NCBI GenBank assembly: GCA_049320885.1
Contig: JBMORA010000001.1
Location: forward strand, 1 to 64,000
Direction: 5' to 3'
DNA from: Thermodesulfobacteriota bacterium
GTDB lineage: Bacteria; Desulfobacterota; Desulfobacteria; Desulfobacterales; SURF-7
DNA length: 64,000 nt
The position numbers were made by a program, and so were the translations under genes. The notes below the pieces were generated by a model. It did not search any database and was not told the DNA's origin. It was given only the letters and a program-made list of their open reading frames with translations. Of this stretch, positions 10,282-20,638 are shown piece by piece (within the stretch, counting starts at the first letter, position 1; each line of letters starts with the position of its first letter).

Positions 10282-10743
10282 TCATTTTTCCAAACAGACT
10301 TCAATGGTAAATTTTCCCCCCTCGGTGGTGAAGGGGATGGCGATCTTCGGTCCATCCGTATAGTGAGTGATCATGTGGTTTTTACCGGAAATTACCGAAG
10401 GAATCGCCGCCTCGAACACCCTCCCAGCCTCTTCCAGTTCCCGGCGGGCCTGACCGGAAATCATGTTGGTCAATTCGCCCACGGCATCGGCGACCTCGCT
10501 GTTCAGGACCGTCATGGTCTCACCGAACATGTTCGACACGATTTTCAAGATGCTTCCCTCTTCAAATGTCACGGCTATGGTTCCATTGGTTTCACCGGTA
10601 ATGCCGATAACCCCGGTGACATCCCCCTTGGCGACATCGTCTTTTTTCAGGTACGGTTTCTCGGCCTTGCATTTTACAAAGGCCATGGTCTCCAGGACAT
10701 TCATGGTCGCATTGATAAAGGGGTTTATCAGCTTCGCATCCAT
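10282..10743 (-). CDS. cheX: Chemotaxis phosphatase CheX
   Basis: LINPFI, DVTGVIGITG and DAVGELTNMISG (ExxN) motifs. Confidence 0.93.
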   Translation of the reverse strand: MDAKLINPFINATMNVLETMAFVKCKAEKPYLKKDDVAKGDVTGVIGITGETNGTIAVTFEEGSILKIVSNMFGETMTVLNSEVADAVGELTNMISGQARRELEEAGRVFEAAIPSVISGKNHMITHYTDGPKIAIPFTTEGGKFTIEVCLEK

Positions 10744-10852
10744 TTTTCACCCTCCTTCGGCCGCAGCCAACATCAAAAAGCGTCATCACTTCCGTCATTG
10801 GTACGGGCATTCAGCAATAAAAATTACCTTGAAAAGGCGTTATATTCACGGG

Positions 10853-11206
10853 TCAATATATGCTATCGGGATCAGTGGTATTGTACCGCACGATATTCTT
10901 CAGATGAGAGTAACTGTCGAGGTCCATGGATTCGAACAGCACCGCTATGCCGACCGGTTCCTTCCGGACCGTTGTCCCTTTCATTCGCAACAGCAGGGGC
11001 TCCACCATTCCAGAAAGCTGGATCTCCACCTGGCAAGCCGCATTCAGCGGGATATTGTCCGGGGTATTGATGAAAACGCCGTTCAAACTGAGATCTTTCG
11101 AACTGCCGGTAACATGGATTTCATTTCCATCCATTTTCAGGATAATGTTGGTGCTGAACTCGACGCGGCGTTTTTTCCGTCTTTCATCTTCCATTTCATT
11201 GGTCAT
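10853..11206 (-). CDS. PilZ domain c-di-GMP-binding protein
   Basis: RxxxR (RKKRR) and DxSxxG (DLSLNG). Confidence 0.9.
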   Translation of the reverse strand: MTNEMEDERRKKRRVEFSTNIILKMDGNEIHVTGSSKDLSLNGVFINTPDNIPLNAACQVEIQLSGMVEPLLLRMKGTTVRKEPVGIAVLFESMDLDSYSHLKNIVRYNTTDPDSIY

Positions 11207-11252
11207 GAGCTTCTTTCGCCTCCACGGATCGTGCCATCCGGCGTGCCCGGTT

Positions 11253-11825
11253 TCACTCCTCCGTCACCGGTGTTTCCTTGTTCCGCCGGATCATCTTGCG
11301 TTGCTGCCGGAATGCGCAGGCAATGAGCGCCTCGCGCTGTTCCAGAGCCATTTTGATGAATTTGACTCCCACTTCCCAATATCCGGATTCCGATCCCGGG
11401 TGAGGCCGGGTGTGTATGACCTCGCCGTAAACATCAAATCGCCCCATCGGAAACCCTGGGACAGCCAGCGAAATATCCAGTATCTGCCCTTTTTCAATTG
11501 GCCCCTGGAGTACGAGGCTGATACCGGAACCGCTGATATCGATGGTCTGCTTGACCAGCCGTTCCTTTTTCAGCCGTTCGCCGTCGACTACATCCAGGAT
11601 GCGTTCCAGTTTTTCATCCATTTTGTCCAGACAATCCAGCAAATAGCCTATGATCGGTTCGCGACTGTCCTCGATTCGATCCAGATATTCCGTCAGGCGG
11701 GATACCGCTTGATTCGAACCGCGACTCGCCATCATTTCCCGGGGATCGATCACCCGTACCCGGGCCCGGGCAGCTATCATTACACGAACGTCCTGACGTT
11801 TTTCGGAACCAGTGTTCTTCCGCAT
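11253..11825 (-). CDS. PilZ domain protein with helical insertion
   Basis: RQDVR near the N-terminus, coiled segment, DISGSG, GVKF strand. Confidence 0.85.
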   Translation of the reverse strand: MRKNTGSEKRQDVRVMIAARARVRVIDPREMMASRGSNQAVSRLTEYLDRIEDSREPIIGYLLDCLDKMDEKLERILDVVDGERLKKERLVKQTIDISGSGISLVLQGPIEKGQILDISLAVPGFPMGRFDVYGEVIHTRPHPGSESGYWEVGVKFIKMALEQREALIACAFRQQRKMIRRNKETPVTEE

Positions 11826-11905
11826 GGTATGTCACTCAACCGTAAAAAGCCCAGAAGATGATATAGACCGCCGAGGGGCTGTAATCAAAAGAGATGATAC
11901 CATAA

Positions 11906-11934
11906 AGTATAGCATTCGGAATTCGTCATTGCAA
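11906..11934 (-). promoter_or_regulatory. sigma70-type promoter of the PilZ-cheX-cheY block
   Basis: Minus strand TTGCAA-N17-TATACT. Confidence 0.65.
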
Positions 11935-11938
11935 TCCA

Positions 11939-13543
11939 TTAGGAATTATTCCGGTATTCGTCGTCTTCGAAATGGATCAACCCCTCATGGAAAATACGGA
12001 GAAACACGTCCACGCATCGGGGGTCGAACTGGCTTCCGGCCCCTTCCTTCAGAATCGCCAGCACCTTTTCAACGGGCATTTTCTTTCGATACGCCCTGTC
12101 GGAGGCCATGGCGTCATAGGCATCCGCCACGGACAGGATCCTTGCCAGAAAAGGGATCTCGTCCGCCTTCAAACCGTCCGGGTATCCGCTGCCGTCATAC
12201 CGTTCATGGTGATGCCGGATAATCCCCTGGTGTTCATCCCACATGCCCAATTGTCCGATGATACCGGCGCCAATATCGGGATGCTCTTTGATTTTCTCAA
12301 ACTCCTGTTCCGTCAGTCGGCCGGGTTTCAAAAGGATGTCGTCCCGGATACCGATTTTCCCGATATCATGCAAGGGTCCGGCGATATTAAGAATATCGAT
12401 CTCTTCTTCGCTGCATCCGATGGCTTTCCCGATTTTGACGGCGACTTCCGTCACCCTGTTGGAATGCTGTTCGGTATAGGGATCCCGGGCTTCGATGGCT
12501 TTCACGAATGCATTGAGAGTGGTGATGAGTCCGCTGTTGATATGTTCGTACAAGGCCAGATTTTCAATCGCATAGGCCGCCCGTTGGGTCATAAAAGACA
12601 GGTAATACAGCTCTTTGTCGGAAAAACGTTTTCCTCCTGACACCACCTTGGCGGTTAAGACCCCGAACACCTTTTCCTGGATTTTCATCGGCACAACCAT
12701 CAGGGAGGCGGTACGGGGGGAAAGGCCCCGCGTTCCCTGGTTGTTGGAGATCAGCAGGGGCAATTCGTCGCTGACGGCTTCCATAATCAACTGCTGGAAG
12801 GCCTCGTCCTTGATTGCATCGAGTCCCTCGCCCCCGCTTTCACCCGTTGCCGAATCCCGACGGAACGCCGCCACTTCAAAAGGTCTTTGTTCCGCGTCAT
12901 TGATTACATAAAATCTGGATATGTCGGCATGGGTCAATTCCACCGTCATTTCAACGATCCGTTTATACACATCCGCGCTGCGGCTGACTGCCGCCACATC
13001 GTTCATGATCCGGTTGAGCACATTCAGCTCTTCCACCTTGTACAACAGCTCCTGATTGATTTTTTCCAGCCGGGCTTTGCCCTCAACTTCTTTTTTTAAC
13101 AAGATATTTTCTACAAAAAGCTGCCGCTCCCGCAATACCCGGCGGACGCAGACCTCCATTTGGTTTAAATTCACGGGTTTGATCAGGAAGTCCACGACTC
13201 CGTTCTTAAGAGTCCGGATGGTGTTGTCCAGGGAAGGATATCCCGTCATGACGATGACCGGAATGGTGTTGTCCAGTTTTCGGATCCGTTCCGCCAGTTC
13301 CAGCCCATCCATTTCCGGCATGTTGATGTCCGTAAAGCAGCAGTCGATCCTGGATCGATTCAGAACCTCCATGGCTTCCAGTCCGTTTCGGGCGGAAATC
13401 ACCCGGTAACCTTTGTGCTTGAAAAACTCCACTGCGATCTCGAGGATGCTCTCTTCGTCATCAACGAAAAGGATGTTTTCCTTTTCCGCTTCCACGGGTT
13501 TCTGAAGGCTGGAACGATTCAACTTTTTTTCCTGTAATTCCAT
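11939..13543 (-). CDS. REC-GAF-HD-GYP cyclic-dinucleotide phosphodiesterase (response regulator)
   Basis: Receiver (VDDE, DINMP, KP), GAF-like middle, HDIGK and HHERYDGSGYP. ATG 13543 preferred over TTG 13654. Confidence 0.9.
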   Translation of the reverse strand: MELQEKKLNRSSLQKPVEAEKENILFVDDEESILEIAVEFFKHKGYRVISARNGLEAMEVLNRSRIDCCFTDINMPEMDGLELAERIRKLDNTIPVIVMTGYPSLDNTIRTLKNGVVDFLIKPVNLNQMEVCVRRVLRERQLFVENILLKKEVEGKARLEKINQELLYKVEELNVLNRIMNDVAAVSRSADVYKRIVEMTVELTHADISRFYVINDAEQRPFEVAAFRRDSATGESGGEGLDAIKDEAFQQLIMEAVSDELPLLISNNQGTRGLSPRTASLMVVPMKIQEKVFGVLTAKVVSGGKRFSDKELYYLSFMTQRAAYAIENLALYEHINSGLITTLNAFVKAIEARDPYTEQHSNRVTEVAVKIGKAIGCSEEEIDILNIAGPLHDIGKIGIRDDILLKPGRLTEQEFEKIKEHPDIGAGIIGQLGMWDEHQGIIRHHHERYDGSGYPDGLKADEIPFLARILSVADAYDAMASDRAYRKKMPVEKVLAILKEGAGSQFDPRCVDVFLRIFHEGLIHFEDDEYRNNS

Positions 13544-14017
13544 GTAGCGCGATATCTTTCGGATGTTGATGTTATCTGATTGACAGATCCTCTCGGAGCA
13601 GTTCCTTTCCGGGTGTTTGATCCAGTAAGCGATCGACGGAACAACAGCAGTCAAAGGGGAAAGGATGTAAACGGAACTATATGATTACTGATAATGGCCG
13701 CCTTTATTCAGCATCCATTAGAACGGTAAAACACGGAGTCTTTCTGGTATTGTATCGAATTGTCATTTCGGCGACAAGCTTCCAAAGATGCGTCTTTCGA
13801 GGATCGAAAACTCAACGCTGGGAAGTATGTTACCATAAAATTTATCTTTCAGCACGTTTTTTTTATCATGGCCTGAAATATTCTGGAGCCGGCAGAATCC
13901 TCCACGGAAACTTGTTGAGATTTTCCCGGAATTGTCCTATCCTGCGATACATCGTATTGATGAAGCAAATCCGATACCTTTCATGATTTCAACCGGTTCC
14001 CCTGAAAAGCACGGCAA

Positions 14018-14878
14018 ATGAAACGACGGACCGCCCTGAAAAACATCCTGCTGTCTCTGTTGGGAAGTTCAACCTTGTTTCCGTTTCTTACCGGCCCGGC
14101 TGCTGCCATGGCGGCCGAGGATGCGGCTCATCCGGACGAACACATCCGGGATTATCTGTTTAAAATGAAGCACTATGATCGCCCCCATGCATCGGATACC
14201 TATCTTGAGTCAAAGGATCATGGGGTTTTTCAAGATGTTCACGGCCGCTTCAACCGGCTTCAACAGACCATGGGGCATGGACATTTTTCCCTGGTGGATT
14301 TCGACCAGGCCGTGAAAATAGCGGGGGGATACGCATCCATCGGCGCCTTCAGCCGTCAAGAACTCGAATTTTGTGAAAAAATCTTTTATACGGATGGCGC
14401 ATTGTACGGTTTTCTAGGGGCCAAACCGCTGCTTAACCTCACTGACCAGATTCACACCGGATCGGTGACAAAGATTCCCCTCAGCGGTAATTATCTCTAC
14501 CAGGGACTCTCCCTGGAAACCTATTTAACCATCAAGAAGCACGTGGGACCGCCGCTCGTCCTGACGTCCGGAATTCGCGGCATCGCCAAGCAGTTTCTGC
14601 TTTTCCTCAATAAAATCAATCTCTGCAATGGTAACATCTCCCGCGCTTCCCGATCCATCGCCCCACCCGGATATTCCTATCATGGTCTTGGGGATTTCGA
14701 TGTCGGCCAGAACGATTTCGGCGCCGCCAATTTCACCGAACGATTCACCCGTTCCACCGTCTTTTGCCGGCTTCAGGGGCTCGGCTACATCGACCTCCGG
14801 TATCCGGAGCACAACCTGATGGGTGTCCGGTTTGAACCCTGGCATATCCGGGTGAAGGAAAACAGCGCCGGCGGATAG
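14018..14878 (+). CDS. Tat-exported M15B/VanY-like D-Ala-D-Ala carboxypeptidase
   Basis: Twin-Arg signal MKRRTALK; APPGYSYHGLGDFD and EPWH zinc-peptidase motifs. Confidence 0.85.
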   Translation: MKRRTALKNILLSLLGSSTLFPFLTGPAAAMAAEDAAHPDEHIRDYLFKMKHYDRPHASDTYLESKDHGVFQDVHGRFNRLQQTMGHGHFSLVDFDQAVKIAGGYASIGAFSRQELEFCEKIFYTDGALYGFLGAKPLLNLTDQIHTGSVTKIPLSGNYLYQGLSLETYLTIKKHVGPPLVLTSGIRGIAKQFLLFLNKINLCNGNISRASRSIAPPGYSYHGLGDFDVGQNDFGAANFTERFTRSTVFCRLQGLGYIDLRYPEHNLMGVRFEPWHIRVKENSAGG

Positions 14879-14894
14879 AAAAACCGGCCGCCGA

Positions 14895-16145
14895 TCAATG
14901 TTTGAAGCTTCTCTGGCCCGTGTACACCATCGTGACGCCGGCTTCATTGCAGGCCTCGATGACCTGGTGATCGTTCAGGGAACCGCCGGGTTGGACAACG
15001 GCGGAAATTTGCTCCCTCAGGCCGACATCCACCCCGTCACGAAAAGGGAAAAAGGCATCGCTTACCATGGCGGCCCCGACCAAACCGCCCTTTTCCGCGG
15101 CAACGCGGTCATCAATGCTCCGCTTTTTCTCCATGTCCCTTAATTCATTGTAAGCCGTTCCGTAACTTTCAAAACAATAGCGGTCGGCAAGTTTTTTATA
15201 CGCCTTGTCCCTGGCGATTTCCGCCACTCCGACCCGATCCTGCTCACCGGTGCCGATCCCCACGGTTACACCGTCCTTGACATAGATCACCGAGTTGGAG
15301 GTAATTCCGGATTCCACGAGCCAGCCGAACAGCATATCGTCGTATTCGCGGTCCGTTGGTTCCCGCCGGATGCGATAGACGGCGCCCTTGTATTCGCATT
15401 CGGCCGGACGCAGATCCTCCCGGGACCGGGCCGTGGGGACAAAGGACCACTGGGCGATGATTCCACCGTCGATCAAGCTCTTAAAATCCACAACGCGTTG
15501 CCCCACGAATGATTGCAGACGGGAAATGTTTCCAATCCGCATCACTCTCAGATTCGCCCGTTTCGCGAGAATCGCCAGCACTCCTTCCTCAAATTCAGGC
15601 GCCACCACCACTTCCGCATATTGGGCGGCGATGGCCTGGGCCGTGCTTTTGTCAACGGATCGATTCACGGCGATACAACCACCGAAAGCCGCCACACGGT
15701 CGGCCATATAAGCCTTGAGATAGGAACTCTCCAGGGTATCCGAGCGCGCCACCCCACAGGGATTGTTGTGCTTCACGATCACGGTGGTGGGCGTATCGCT
15801 GAAATATCTTATAATATTCAATGCGTTATCTGCATCTGTCAGGTTGGTTTTCCCGGGATGTTTGCCGGATTGCAGCAGTTCTACGTCCGAAGCCAAATAT
15901 TGGCCGGGCTTCAGGGTCGTCGTTTCCCCCAACGTCAGGTTCCCGTTGATCAGACGGTACAGGGCCGCTTCCTGACCTGGGTTTTCACCATAGCGCAGTC
16001 CTTTCTGCAGCCCGTCAATGGTCCAGACGGCTTTTTCATAAAAAAGCGTTTGCCGGCCGCTGCCATCGATGAAAGCGATTTCCATTTTCCCGGGGAAATG
16101 GTCGTCCATCACCGTGCGGTACATTTTTTTCAGATCTTCCCCCAT
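14895..16145 (-). CDS. purH: AICAR transformylase (PurH C-terminal domain as a separate protein)
   Basis: LRYGENPGQ, KHNNPCG, AAFGG, SDAFFPF, QPGGS and terminal RSFKH; own RBS AGGAGG. Confidence 0.92.
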   Translation of the reverse strand: MGEDLKKMYRTVMDDHFPGKMEIAFIDGSGRQTLFYEKAVWTIDGLQKGLRYGENPGQEAALYRLINGNLTLGETTTLKPGQYLASDVELLQSGKHPGKTNLTDADNALNIIRYFSDTPTTVIVKHNNPCGVARSDTLESSYLKAYMADRVAAFGGCIAVNRSVDKSTAQAIAAQYAEVVVAPEFEEGVLAILAKRANLRVMRIGNISRLQSFVGQRVVDFKSLIDGGIIAQWSFVPTARSREDLRPAECEYKGAVYRIRREPTDREYDDMLFGWLVESGITSNSVIYVKDGVTVGIGTGEQDRVGVAEIARDKAYKKLADRYCFESYGTAYNELRDMEKKRSIDDRVAAEKGGLVGAAMVSDAFFPFRDGVDVGLREQISAVVQPGGSLNDHQVIEACNEAGVTMVYTGQRSFKH

Positions 16146-16220
16146 TGAATTTCCTCCTTGTCGCGGGCCTTCCGGCCTTGCGGGGTGTTTATTCGGATAT
16201 CATCAGACCGTCTTTGTCAT

Positions 16221-16904
16221 CTATCGCAAGTTGTAACATACGGCCACATCCGTCTCATAGGCACACTTCGCCAGATGGGATGCTATGGCACCATCGTATT
16301 CAGCTGTTTTCGCAAAGGCTTTTTGGGCCAATCGATACCGCAGGGCCAAATTTGTCCTGCCGGAACCGGCTCGCATGGTCTCGATGATCGCCTCATAATC
16401 CCCCGGGTCCACCACAGGAGCCACCCGCAAAAAATTTTTCGCCGCTGCCCGGATCATGCACGGGCCACCTATATCGATATTGCCCCTGGCCTTTTCAAAA
16501 GTCACATCCTCACCGGCCACGGTTTCCTGGAAGGGATAGAGATTCACCACCACCATATCGATGGGGACGGCCCTCGTTCGTTCCAGATCCCGAAGGTGGG
16601 ATGGATTGTAGGTTTCCGTCAGGAGACCGAGATAAATTTTAAAATCGAGGGTTTTCACCAGCCCCCCCTGGGTTTCCGGCTGACCGGTATAGTCCGATAC
16701 CTGAATCAGATTCTGCGCGTATTCCTCCCCCGCTATTCTTTTGATAACGTCATACGTCCCGCCGGTTGATAAAATTCTGATACCGGAATTGATGGACAGC
16801 AAATGGGGAACAAAACGATCCAGTCCGCGCTTGTCGGAAACACTGATAAGAACATTTTTCACTTCAACCCATTGATCAGTTGTGTCAACCAAATGAATAC
16901 CCAT
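16221..16904 (-). CDS. IMP cyclohydrolase (PurH N-terminal MGS-like domain as a separate protein)
   Basis: LISVSDK, STGGT, GGLVKTL, VVVNLYPF, NIDIGGP and RAAAKN; start at ATG 16904. Confidence 0.92.
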   Translation of the reverse strand: MGIHLVDTTDQWVEVKNVLISVSDKRGLDRFVPHLLSINSGIRILSTGGTYDVIKRIAGEEYAQNLIQVSDYTGQPETQGGLVKTLDFKIYLGLLTETYNPSHLRDLERTRAVPIDMVVVNLYPFQETVAGEDVTFEKARGNIDIGGPCMIRAAAKNFLRVAPVVDPGDYEAIIETMRAGSGRTNLALRYRLAQKAFAKTAEYDGAIASHLAKCAYETDVAVCYNLR

Positions 16905-17077
16905 ATATTGATTCTCCTGCCGTTGCTGTTTTCTGTTGAATGAACACCGGAATTGGTTATCAAGATCATTGTTACGGAGCAATCGCTTTCAGAATATTTG
17001 CATCGCAAATGATCGTCAACCTTTAATTTCACGATCCAGGGGCGACCCGGAAATGCGGTTCCCAGCCTTTTTATCAA

Positions 17078-17106
17078 TTGACACGAAATCCGCCTTTCAC
17101 TATAGT
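17078..17106 (+). promoter_or_regulatory. sigma70-type promoter of pepA
   Basis: TTGACA-N17-TATAGT. Confidence 0.75.
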
Positions 17107-17198
17107 TCTGCCACGTTATTTCCAATGAACATTTCCAGACTTGATCTGTTGACATCCGGTCCGCCGGGAAAGGGCGGTCTTTATGGAAGGAGCGGAAT

Positions 17199-18686
17199 TT
17201 GTTACATCTCAAAGCAACCGATATTCTAAAAAAACCAATAGAAATCCTGGCGATTCCGGTCTGCGAGAACCTGGATATGTTCGAGCAGCCTGACCTGGCC
17301 GCCCTGGTGACGCAGGCCAAAAAACGGAAGGAATTTACGGGCAAACATCAGGAAGAACTCATCCTGTACGACCCTCCGGGCATACAGGCGGCAAGAGTCG
17401 TCTTTCTCGGGTTGGGAAAAGCGGAAAAAATGACCACGGAGACCCTGCGGCAGTTAGCGGGCGCGGCGGTGAAGACCGCCACCCGGAAACAGTTGTCGAT
17501 TCTGACGTTGGCCGTTCCCGAATCCGGCCGTCTGCCCCTTAAGCAGGCCGCCATGCTTCAAGCCATGGCCGAAGGCGCTTATCTCGCCAATCATCTGTTC
17601 GATTTCTATAAAAGTGACAAAAAAGATCGGCCCCTTGGACAGCTCCATCTTCTGACCTCCCCGGAGGCCCGGAAACAGTTCCGGGGCCTGATCCGGCAAA
17701 CGGAGATGGCTTGTGAGGGGACCTGCCTTGCCCGCGACTGGGTCTCGATGCCGCCCAACGATAAAAAACCAGCCCGGTTCGCCCAGCTTATCGCCACTCT
17801 GGCCCGAAAGGCCGATATCGCCGTAACCATTTTGAACGAAAAGGAACTCCATCAACTCGGCTTCGGCGCCATGTTGGCCGTTTCCGCCGGCAGCAGCAAT
17901 CCACCCCGCCTGGTCATTCTGGAATACCGCTCCGGAAAGACCGCCGAAACCATCGCACTTGTCGGCAAGGGCGTGACCTTCGATTCGGGCGGCATCAACC
18001 TGAAACCATCCGGTTCACTGGAAGACATGAAAATGGACATGGCCGGCGCCGCTGCCGTTGCCGCTGCCATGATCGCCATCGGCAAAATCAAGCCGCCCGG
18101 CCGGAACATCATCGCCGCCATTCCGATAGTGGAGAACATGCCGTCCGGAACCGCCACCCGGCCGGGAGACATTATCAAAAGTTATCTAGGGAAAACCGTT
18201 GAAATCGGCAATACGGACGCCGAAGGACGATTGATCCTGGTGGACACCATGGCCTATGTCATCCGCCAATATCGACCCGACGCCCTGGTGGATCTCGCAA
18301 CCCTGACCGGGGCCTGCGTCGTTGCTCTGGGCGAAAAGATCGCCGGTGTTTTCTCCACGGACCATGCCCTTGCCGAAATGATCGTCCAAACCGGTGAGGA
18401 AACCCATGAACGCTGCTGGCGCCTGCCCCTTCCGGAGGATTATAAGGAACTGCTGAAAAGCGACACGGCGGATCTGAAAAATGTTTCCGGCACACGCCAT
18501 GGCGGGGCGATCACAGCCGCCCTGTTTCTGTCCGATTTTATCGAAAAAACCAGATGGGCCCATATTGACATCGCCGGACCGGCCTTTGCGAAAAAAGCGT
18601 CCGCCTATTGCGGCGCCGGCGGTACTGGCTTCGGTGTACGACTGTTGTGCAGCCTGTTGACCAAGAGTGAGCGGATCGCTGGATGA
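17199..18686 (+). CDS. pepA: Leucyl aminopeptidase (M17)
   Basis: VGKGVTFDSGG, MKMDMAGAA, NTDAEGRL, ATLTG and WAHIDIAG. Confidence 0.96.
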   Translation: MLHLKATDILKKPIEILAIPVCENLDMFEQPDLAALVTQAKKRKEFTGKHQEELILYDPPGIQAARVVFLGLGKAEKMTTETLRQLAGAAVKTATRKQLSILTLAVPESGRLPLKQAAMLQAMAEGAYLANHLFDFYKSDKKDRPLGQLHLLTSPEARKQFRGLIRQTEMACEGTCLARDWVSMPPNDKKPARFAQLIATLARKADIAVTILNEKELHQLGFGAMLAVSAGSSNPPRLVILEYRSGKTAETIALVGKGVTFDSGGINLKPSGSLEDMKMDMAGAAAVAAAMIAIGKIKPPGRNIIAAIPIVENMPSGTATRPGDIIKSYLGKTVEIGNTDAEGRLILVDTMAYVIRQYRPDALVDLATLTGACVVALGEKIAGVFSTDHALAEMIVQTGEETHERCWRLPLPEDYKELLKSDTADLKNVSGTRHGGAITAALFLSDFIEKTRWAHIDIAGPAFAKKASAYCGAGGTGFGVRLLCSLLTKSERIAG

Positions 18687-20638
18687 TGGCTGACCGCCGA
18701 CGGTATTACATCATGTTTCATCCGGCGATTTACAACCTGATGGAGCTGTCGGGGACAGCCTGCACGTCGCCGTATGCCATCCTTTCGTATCTCACCGGCC
18801 GGAATGCAACGTCTGCGATCCATGAGGATAATTACCTCGATTTTTTGCATTTCGATGCAAAAAAACTGCGCGGGGAAATCCTCGAATATTTCGGCATGGA
18901 GAACTATGCCTCCTATTACATCGCCAATCAGTTGGCCCTGGCGGATCCAGGGGCCGCCATTATACTGGCCGACAGCCGCAGAAGACAACCAGACGAAATC
19001 ATACGTCTATTCGGCAGAAAGCCGGATGGGGTCTTCATCTCCACCATCAGTTCCAGCTTCCCGACGGCGGTTGCCGCCACCCTGCCGCTCAATCATGCCC
19101 GCATACCGGTAATCCTGGGGGGGATCCACGTTTCCACCAGTAGCCGTGACGTCGATACCTTCCTGCGGAATCAAGCTCCTTTTCCCCGCCTGATCACCCA
19201 TGTAAAAGGCGCTGGCGATGCCGCGGTCATCGCCCGGATCGTCGGCGACATCCGCGCCGGAGCGCTTCAGCCCGAATATATCGGCACCCGAACCATCGAA
19301 AACGGTATCTGGGGGCACCCCAATGTATCCGCACTTCCGCCGATGCCCCTCCGTTTTTTCAGAAAGCTGCCCGTGGCCGGCGCTTTCCTGGGGGACCTGC
19401 TGCGGATCAAGGTCACGACGCCTTACCTCGGATGCCCCTACTCCTGCCGCTTTTGCTCGATTTCCACATTGCCCCGTAACCAGCGCATTTTTTCCTACCG
19501 CCATGCGGAAGATTTCGTGAACGAACTGGAGCATTTTCAGAAAGAAAAACATTCTTTTACAAATCGGCTCTTCTTTTTCCTGCCGGACAATTTGCTGCTG
19601 GCGAGAAACAAACTCGAAGCCATCCTCGACCTCATCATCCAGCGGAATTTGAAACTGAACTACGCGGCCCAGATATCCATCAACGTCGCGGAAGACGAAG
19701 CACTGCTGAAAAAATTGCGACTGTCGGGCGCCTCCCATTTTTTTATCGGTTTTGAATCCCTGAACATCCGCAATCTGGAGTATATCGGGAAAGAAGCGGT
19801 CAGGCGGATCCGCAGGAGCGGCATGGGGGTTTCCGAATATTACGCCGCCTGCATCCGGAACATCATCCGCCATGGAATTTCCATCCATGGGGCCTTTATT
19901 ATCGGGCTTCCATATGATTATTTCCATTCCTTGAGCGATCATACCGGCCGCGAAATCGCAAGGTTCTGCATCCAAAACAGAATCGGCCTCCAACCGGCAT
20001 CCCTTACAGCCCTGCCCGGCTCCATCACGTTCATGGAACAGCAAGAAGCTGGAACCCTGCTGTATGGAACCCCCGGTTCCATGGACTATTTGATCTCCCT
20101 GTGCCTGACCGATCTGTCGGAAATGAATCAAATCGTGCCAGCCGAATTGAAAAGCAGCCCGCTGGTGGTGGCTTATATGGTTTACGACGCCGTCCGCCGG
20201 GTCGGTTCCAGCCGCACCGCGCTTTTCAATGCGGCGTATATGGCCACGCAAGCATGGCTTCATCCAACGAAAGCCGGAAAACGAATACCGCTGGAACGGT
20301 TCTGGGGTCTCTGCGCCGCAGCGGTTTTCCAACTGGGCGCCAGCGCCTATAAGGAATTGGGGGAGTCGCTGGTCAGGTCCGGAAACGGCATCCGGGGGAC
20401 TTTTGAACGATTATACGACCAGGAAAAAAACCCGGAAGTGAAACATCTGTTTCGCCATTTTATTCAAGCTTTCAGGGGAAAAGGAGGTCCGCCCGTAACT
20501 GCGTCCCCCGTCAACGGCAATTCCGGGGAGCCTCTTTCCCCGGCTGTTTCCAGCTTCTTGTCGCATCCAGCAGCTTGTAGTAATGATCATGAAAAGCATG
20601 GCTGTTCAGCAGACGGTCGGCGAAACGCAGATATTTGA
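18683..20638 (+). CDS. Radical SAM protein with N-terminal B12-binding-like domain
   Basis: CPYSCRFC (CxxxCxxC), ILGGIHVS, FIGFES and GAFIIGL; ATGA overlap with pepA. Confidence 0.85.
   Translation: MMADRRRYYIMFHPAIYNLMELSGTACTSPYAILSYLTGRNATSAIHEDNYLDFLHFDAKKLRGEILEYFGMENYASYYIANQLALADPGAAIILADSRRRQPDEIIRLFGRKPDGVFISTISSSFPTAVAATLPLNHARIPVILGGIHVSTSSRDVDTFLRNQAPFPRLITHVKGAGDAAVIARIVGDIRAGALQPEYIGTRTIENGIWGHPNVSALPPMPLRFFRKLPVAGAFLGDLLRIKVTTPYLGCPYSCRFCSISTLPRNQRIFSYRHAEDFVNELEHFQKEKHSFTNRLFFFLPDNLLLARNKLEAILDLIIQRNLKLNYAAQISINVAEDEALLKKLRLSGASHFFIGFESLNIRNLEYIGKEAVRRIRRSGMGVSEYYAACIRNIIRHGISIHGAFIIGLPYDYFHSLSDHTGREIARFCIQNRIGLQPASLTALPGSITFMEQQEAGTLLYGTPGSMDYLISLCLTDLSEMNQIVPAELKSSPLVVAYMVYDAVRRVGSSRTALFNAAYMATQAWLHPTKAGKRIPLERFWGLCAAAVFQLGASAYKELGESLVRSGNGIRGTFERLYDQEKNPEVKHLFRHFIQAFRGKGGPPVTASPVNGNSGEPLSPAVSSFLSHPAACSNDHEKHGCSADGRRNADI

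Noticed and set aside
16145..16221. purH pseudogene or frameshift
   Set aside because: Both halves keep their catalytic motifs and the second has its own strong RBS
19007..20332. 441-aa minus-strand ORF
   Set aside because: Antisense to the radical SAM gene with no family features
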